Shown: one piece after another, positions 61,685-64,000 of the stretch | How the letters are laid out: the number at the start of each line of letters is the position of its first letter | How positions within the stretch are numbered: the first letter of the stretch is position 1 | NCBI RefSeq assembly: GCF_963921235.1 | Contig: NC_086109.1 | Location: 30,816,001 to 30,880,000, forward strand | Reading direction: 5' to 3' | From: Mobula hypostoma | Taxonomy: Eukaryota | Length of the DNA: 64,000 nt | The notes under the pieces: generated by a model | What the model was told of the DNA's origin: nothing | What the model saw: the letters and a program-made list of their open reading frames with translations, nothing else | Databases searched by the model: none | Program-made: the position numbers and the translations under genes

Positions 61685-63375
61685 TTCTGGATGACACTGA
61701 AATAGGTGGTAGCGCGGACAGTGTAGAATGTTGTGAAAAAATAAAAGCATGCTTTTGATCAGCTACGTTTGTGAGCTGAGGATTGGCAAGTGGCTTTCAT
61801 CCCAGTTAAATGTGAAGCTTTGCACTTTGGGATCAGACTGGAAGAGACTTGTATAGTGACTTGTAAGGTAGGGCTCTGGGGAATGTTATGGAACAGAAAG
61901 ACCTAAGAAAGCAGCGTTACTGGTAGAATGGTGAGGAGGGTGTTGGTCATGCTGGCCTTCAGAGTATTGAGTATGGAAGGTACGTTGGAGTCATATAGGC
62001 TGTCGGTGAGGCTGAATTTGAAGTATTAGGCTCAGTTTTGCTCAGCCTGTTATAGGAAAAATATTACTAAACTAGAAAGATTGCAGAAAAGACTTACCAG
62101 AGTGTTGCCTGGATTTGGGAGCCTGAGTTACTAAGAGGTTGCATAGATAGGAGTCTTTTCCCTGTGTGACAAAAGACCAAGTTATCAGAAGATTGATGCC
62201 GATAAGAGAGACAATGGAGAAACATTCAAAATGCTAATATGAGAGACGAGAGAGATTAACGAAAAGAGACACAGTTCTGAGTATTGTCAGACCGGTTGCT
62301 TTGAACCTGAACTGTTTGAAGTTTGATAGACAGGCGATACCCCAGCAGGGGGATAAAAGGAACAGGTTCGCTAAAGCAAGACACACCACGACACCACGAG
62401 ATAACGAGACCCTGGAAGTGCGGTGTGCCCCCCTACAAGTTGGTGGGAGTTTTGGAGGTCTGATCACAGGACCGACCATAGATGGACAGGGTGAAAAGGT
62501 ACGATCGGCGGGAACCTGGTGTGTGTGTCCGCCCTTGCCTGGGTGCCGGGTTCACTGCAGAAGAACGATTGTATCCGGAACGAAGGGGTCACAGTTGGTG
62601 ACCTCAGAAGACATTACAAAGGGCTCGCCCGAAAGCTAACTGTGAGGAATATCAAAGGTCTGTTGAATCCGATTTGAATATCATAATTCGCTCTCTCTCT
62701 CTCTCTCTCTCTCTCTCCCCAACAGCACAACAGTGATTACTGCAAACTGAACTAAACTGAACTGAACTCTGCGTCACTTGAGACTGATCATTTTACCCCT
62801 AGACTGCGATAGAGCTTGATTGATCCTATTATCCTAGTTCTGTGTACATGTGTGTTTTATCATTGCTAACCTGTTGCATTTATATCCTTACTATTAGAGT
62901 ACTGTGTTACTTATTTCTTTAATAAAACTTTCTTAGTTCCAGTAATCCAGACTCCAACTAAGTGGTCCATTTCTGCTGGTTTGGCAACCCAGTTACGGGG
63001 TACGTAACATCTGGAACATAGAAGATTGAGACATGACTTGATATAATGAAGGGCATAAAGAGAGTTAATTATTTTCCCAGGGAGGGATGCTAAAAACAAG
63101 AAGACATAAGTTTAAGACCAGAAGTGAGAGCTTTAGAAGGGACGTTAGAGGCAGCTTCTTTATACAAAGAGTGGTGCATATTTAGACTGAACTGCTAGAA
63201 CTGGTGGTTGAGCCGGACACATTAGTAGCATTTAAAAGACATTTAGATAAAAACATGGATAGGAGAAGCTTAGAGGGCTATGGCAGATGGGACCAGTTTG
63301 CTGGACAACACAGTCGGCATTGACAAGTTGGGTCAAAGGGCCTTTTTTCCCTACTGTATGACTCTCTGATTCTGA
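61685..63375 (+). mobile_element. Decayed CR1 RT-3' fragment split by a solo LTR
   Basis: DDTEIGG..VE at ~61690, LERLQKRLTRVLPG at ~62070, resumes at 63010; CR1 tail CTGTATGACTCTCTGATTCTG. Confidence 0.8.
62165..63009 (+). mobile_element. Solo LTR (845 bp), Gypsy-like
   Basis: TGTGAC...GTAACA ends; 4-bp TSD CCTG/TCTG; TATA-like GATAAAAG (~62352), (CT)n and (ACTGA)n tracts, AATAAA at 62921; interrupts a CR1. Confidence 0.85.
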
Positions 63376-64000
63376 GATTGGAGTTAAACTATAGATATCG
63401 CACAAAATCAATTTGGGAGAGTTAATCTGCAAGAGGGTTTGAAAAGGAGAATTTAAAGGAGTAAGAGAGATAACAATGGAAGGAATACATCTGGTCATGG
63501 GAAAAGCACAGAGAAAAGGTAGGGAAACGGAGAAACAGGATCAACATCTAAAATTAGCAAAATAAAAACATGATGGACAACAAAGAAAAACGAACCAAGC
63601 TTTTATGCTGATGTATATTTGAAGGCAAAAATGCAGAAGTGATGCCTTCAATCTAAATTATCAAAGGTAAGGAATAGGCATAACACAGATGGATTTATAA
63701 TACCTACAATTTGATGGTTCTTTCATCTTACTAAAATTCATGGAGCAGTAACTTCAACATTACCAACATTAATGCTGATTTATAAGGAGCATATACACCT
63801 CTCAATGTCACATAAAGCTAAATTTGCTTTACACTGAAATATAAATTAAGTGCCAAATACTGCCTCCCAAGTGAAGTACAATGAAACTGTTTCCTCTGGA
63901 GAGCAGTTCTCAGATTCACTGTAGTGTTTGGTCAGGTCCTAAGGCCAGACTGAGGCTATAATTACTCTGTAACAGCAAGATATGCATCAATCCAAACTAC

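Noticed and set aside
1..64000. CRISPR arrays, operons, prokaryotic systems; the many 60-130 aa ORFs
   Set aside because: Vertebrate repeat-rich DNA with no repeat-spacer array; short ORFs are chance frames or alternative frames of TEs.

Overview
Eukaryotic, AT-rich, non-genic (intergenic or deep intronic) DNA packed with transposable elements. The repeat mix (abundant CR1 LINEs, HE1/V-type SINEs, Rex1/Babar, Penelope-derived hairpins, Tc1 and hAT MITEs) points to a cartilaginous fish, probably a ray or skate (inference). I found no supportable host protein-coding exon, RNA gene or CRISPR array. The recognisable long ORFs are decayed retroelement pieces. Main elements: (1) a full-length but decayed Gmr1-type Gypsy (25874-32810) with a SCAN-like gag and PR-INT-RT-RH order; (2) two independently inserted copies of one Gypsy family (34445-39162, 48501-53743) sharing an identical lesion that destroys the RT YLDD motif; (3) a gag/protease-less Gypsy (55985-59301); (4) a solo LTR (62165-63009); (5) L1, HERO and RTE-type remnants; and (6) most unusually, a 1.07-kb hAT DNA transposon (60001-61070, perfect 8-bp TSD) that carries a transposase C-terminal remnant plus three LTR fragments and the PPT region of the Gypsy family in (2). 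Family names come from motif recognition, not database searches, and ends lacking TSDs are approximate.
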